In this document: positions 63,417 to 64,000 of the stretch, piece after piece
How positions within the stretch are numbered: the first letter of the stretch is position 1
Layout of the letters: each line of letters starts with the position of its first letter
Assembly (NCBI GenBank): GCA_020635085.1
Contig: JACKAL010000004.1
Span: forward strand, 30,732 to 94,731
Length of the DNA: 64,000 bases
Reading direction: 5' to 3'
DNA from: Pseudobdellovibrionaceae bacterium
GTDB taxonomy: Bacteria > Bdellovibrionota > Bdellovibrionia > Bdellovibrionales > JAGQZY01
Program-made: the position numbers and the translations under genes
Notes under the pieces: generated by a model
Seen by the model: only the letters and a program-made list of their open reading frames with translations
Told to the model about the DNA's origin: nothing
Databases searched by the model: none

Positions 63417-64000
63417 ATGAATACTTACAAAACCTACGTATTTTTTATTACATTTTTCATTATTCCCCAATTCTGCTTTTCGGATTGGGGAAATGTTGAA
63501 GATCAGTATGCTCAGCTCAAACATGAGATGGTTTTGCGAGAGCAGATCGAAAAAAAGTCGTACGAACTAACTCGCTCGTTATGCTATGCATACTATAGCG
63601 ATTTTAAGGTTGCAGCTCCTCCGAAAGAATTTCTGGAATCCGTTAGAAATTGGGATCTAATGAAATTTTATGGCTTTTTAGCTTCCTATTACGATGGGGA
63701 GAGCAAATATATTTTACTTGCACGTTCAAATAATAATCAAAGACTAGTGACTTCTGCTGGCTATAAGAGGGCAGTTGTTGACTGTGCAATGGAATTAAAT
63801 ACTTCTTCCGATAACATAAGCAAACAAATTAAAGATGATTTAGATATGTCTTCATATATAGGAAGTTTTGCTGGCATATTCGTAGGTGGCACTGCGGCGA
63901 CAAAAGGTTTAAAGATTTTTTCTAAAATTAGTCGTGCAGATAAACTTTTTAAATGGCTAAAGGCTACAGTTCCACGCAGTCCGATTTTAAAAAAATTTAG
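63417..64000 (+). CDS. hypothetical exported protein, partial (runs off the window end)
   Basis: My own translation from the ATG at 63417, 5 nt after the previous stop, gives MNTYKTYVFFITFFIIPQFCFSDWGNVEDQYAQLKHEM... The frame stays open to 64000. Confidence 0.4.
   Translation, partial: MNTYKTYVFFITFFIIPQFCFSDWGNVEDQYAQLKHEMVLREQIEKKSYELTRSLCYAYYSDFKVAAPPKEFLESVRNWDLMKFYGFLASYYDGESKYILLARSNNNQRLVTSAGYKRAVVDCAMELNTSSDNISKQIKDDLDMSSYIGSFAGIFVGGTAATKGLKIFSKISRADKLFKWLKATVPRSPILKKF

Noticed and set aside
1-64000. A window-wide look for tRNA/rRNA genes, integrases, transposases, toxin-antitoxin pairs, restriction-modification genes or known defence genes.
   Set aside because: None recognised. 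The only nuclease-superfamily candidate (the HKD protein) has a signal peptide, which argues against an intracellular defence role.

Overview
AT-rich (by eye about 40% GC) bacterial chromosomal segment with about 65 protein-coding genes on both strands. I recognised no rRNA, tRNA, CRISPR array, transposase, integrase or phage structural gene, so it reads as ordinary chromosome rather than a mobile island.

Gene content, left to right:
- Envelope modification: a GT39 ArnT-like glycosyltransferase (partial at the window edge) with a UPF0104 membrane protein.
- AhpD-like and GST-like proteins, and a P-type cation ATPase.
- An hppD-phhA-VOC aromatic amino acid operon with a divergent LysR regulator.
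- A thiol/sulfide-stress island: osmC-DUF302-tlpA-phnA, then ArsR-methyltransferase-STAS-UPF0016, then TauE and a persulfide dioxygenase-rhodanese fusion.
- Rhomboid protease, a MacAB-like tripartite ABC efflux set, a UPF0489 protein and a MATE pump.
- A patch of orphan small or exported proteins, including a zinc-ribbon fusion and a J-domain-like protein.
- rlmN, ychJ-MoxR-DUF58-transglutaminase, and an RlmI-like methyltransferase.
- A TfoX-like protein with a polylysine tail, and an ATP-grasp protein.
- An Atm1-type ABC exporter with thioredoxin.
- A translationally coupled pair: a secreted orphan protein and a tandem-HKD phospholipase D.
- A stand-alone rsmH.
- A peroxide-stress island: GPx, PaiB, and prx/grx-disulfide reductase-oxyR.
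- OmpA-like protein, ppiC, a YecM-DUF4269 fusion, ABC-F, and an M20 peptidase.
- A DEAD-box helicase (with DEGD in motif II) carrying a 45-nt tandem-repeat tail, next to an RRM glycine-rich RNA-binding protein.
- A short PBP4-like enzyme, GT2, and orphan exported proteins.

Taxonomy is inference only. The organism is Gram-negative, and the gene mix would fit a Bdellovibrio-like or Oligoflexia-type organism.

No known defence system or mobile element is evident. The items most worth follow-up are:
- the secreted orphan + PLD pair;
- the composite sulfide/thiol island;
- a 30-nt intergenic motif present in at least 3 copies;
- a 160-nt nested palindromic element between trxA and the Atm1-type exporter;
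- the prx/grx-reductase-oxyR operon;
- the helicase/RRM locus.
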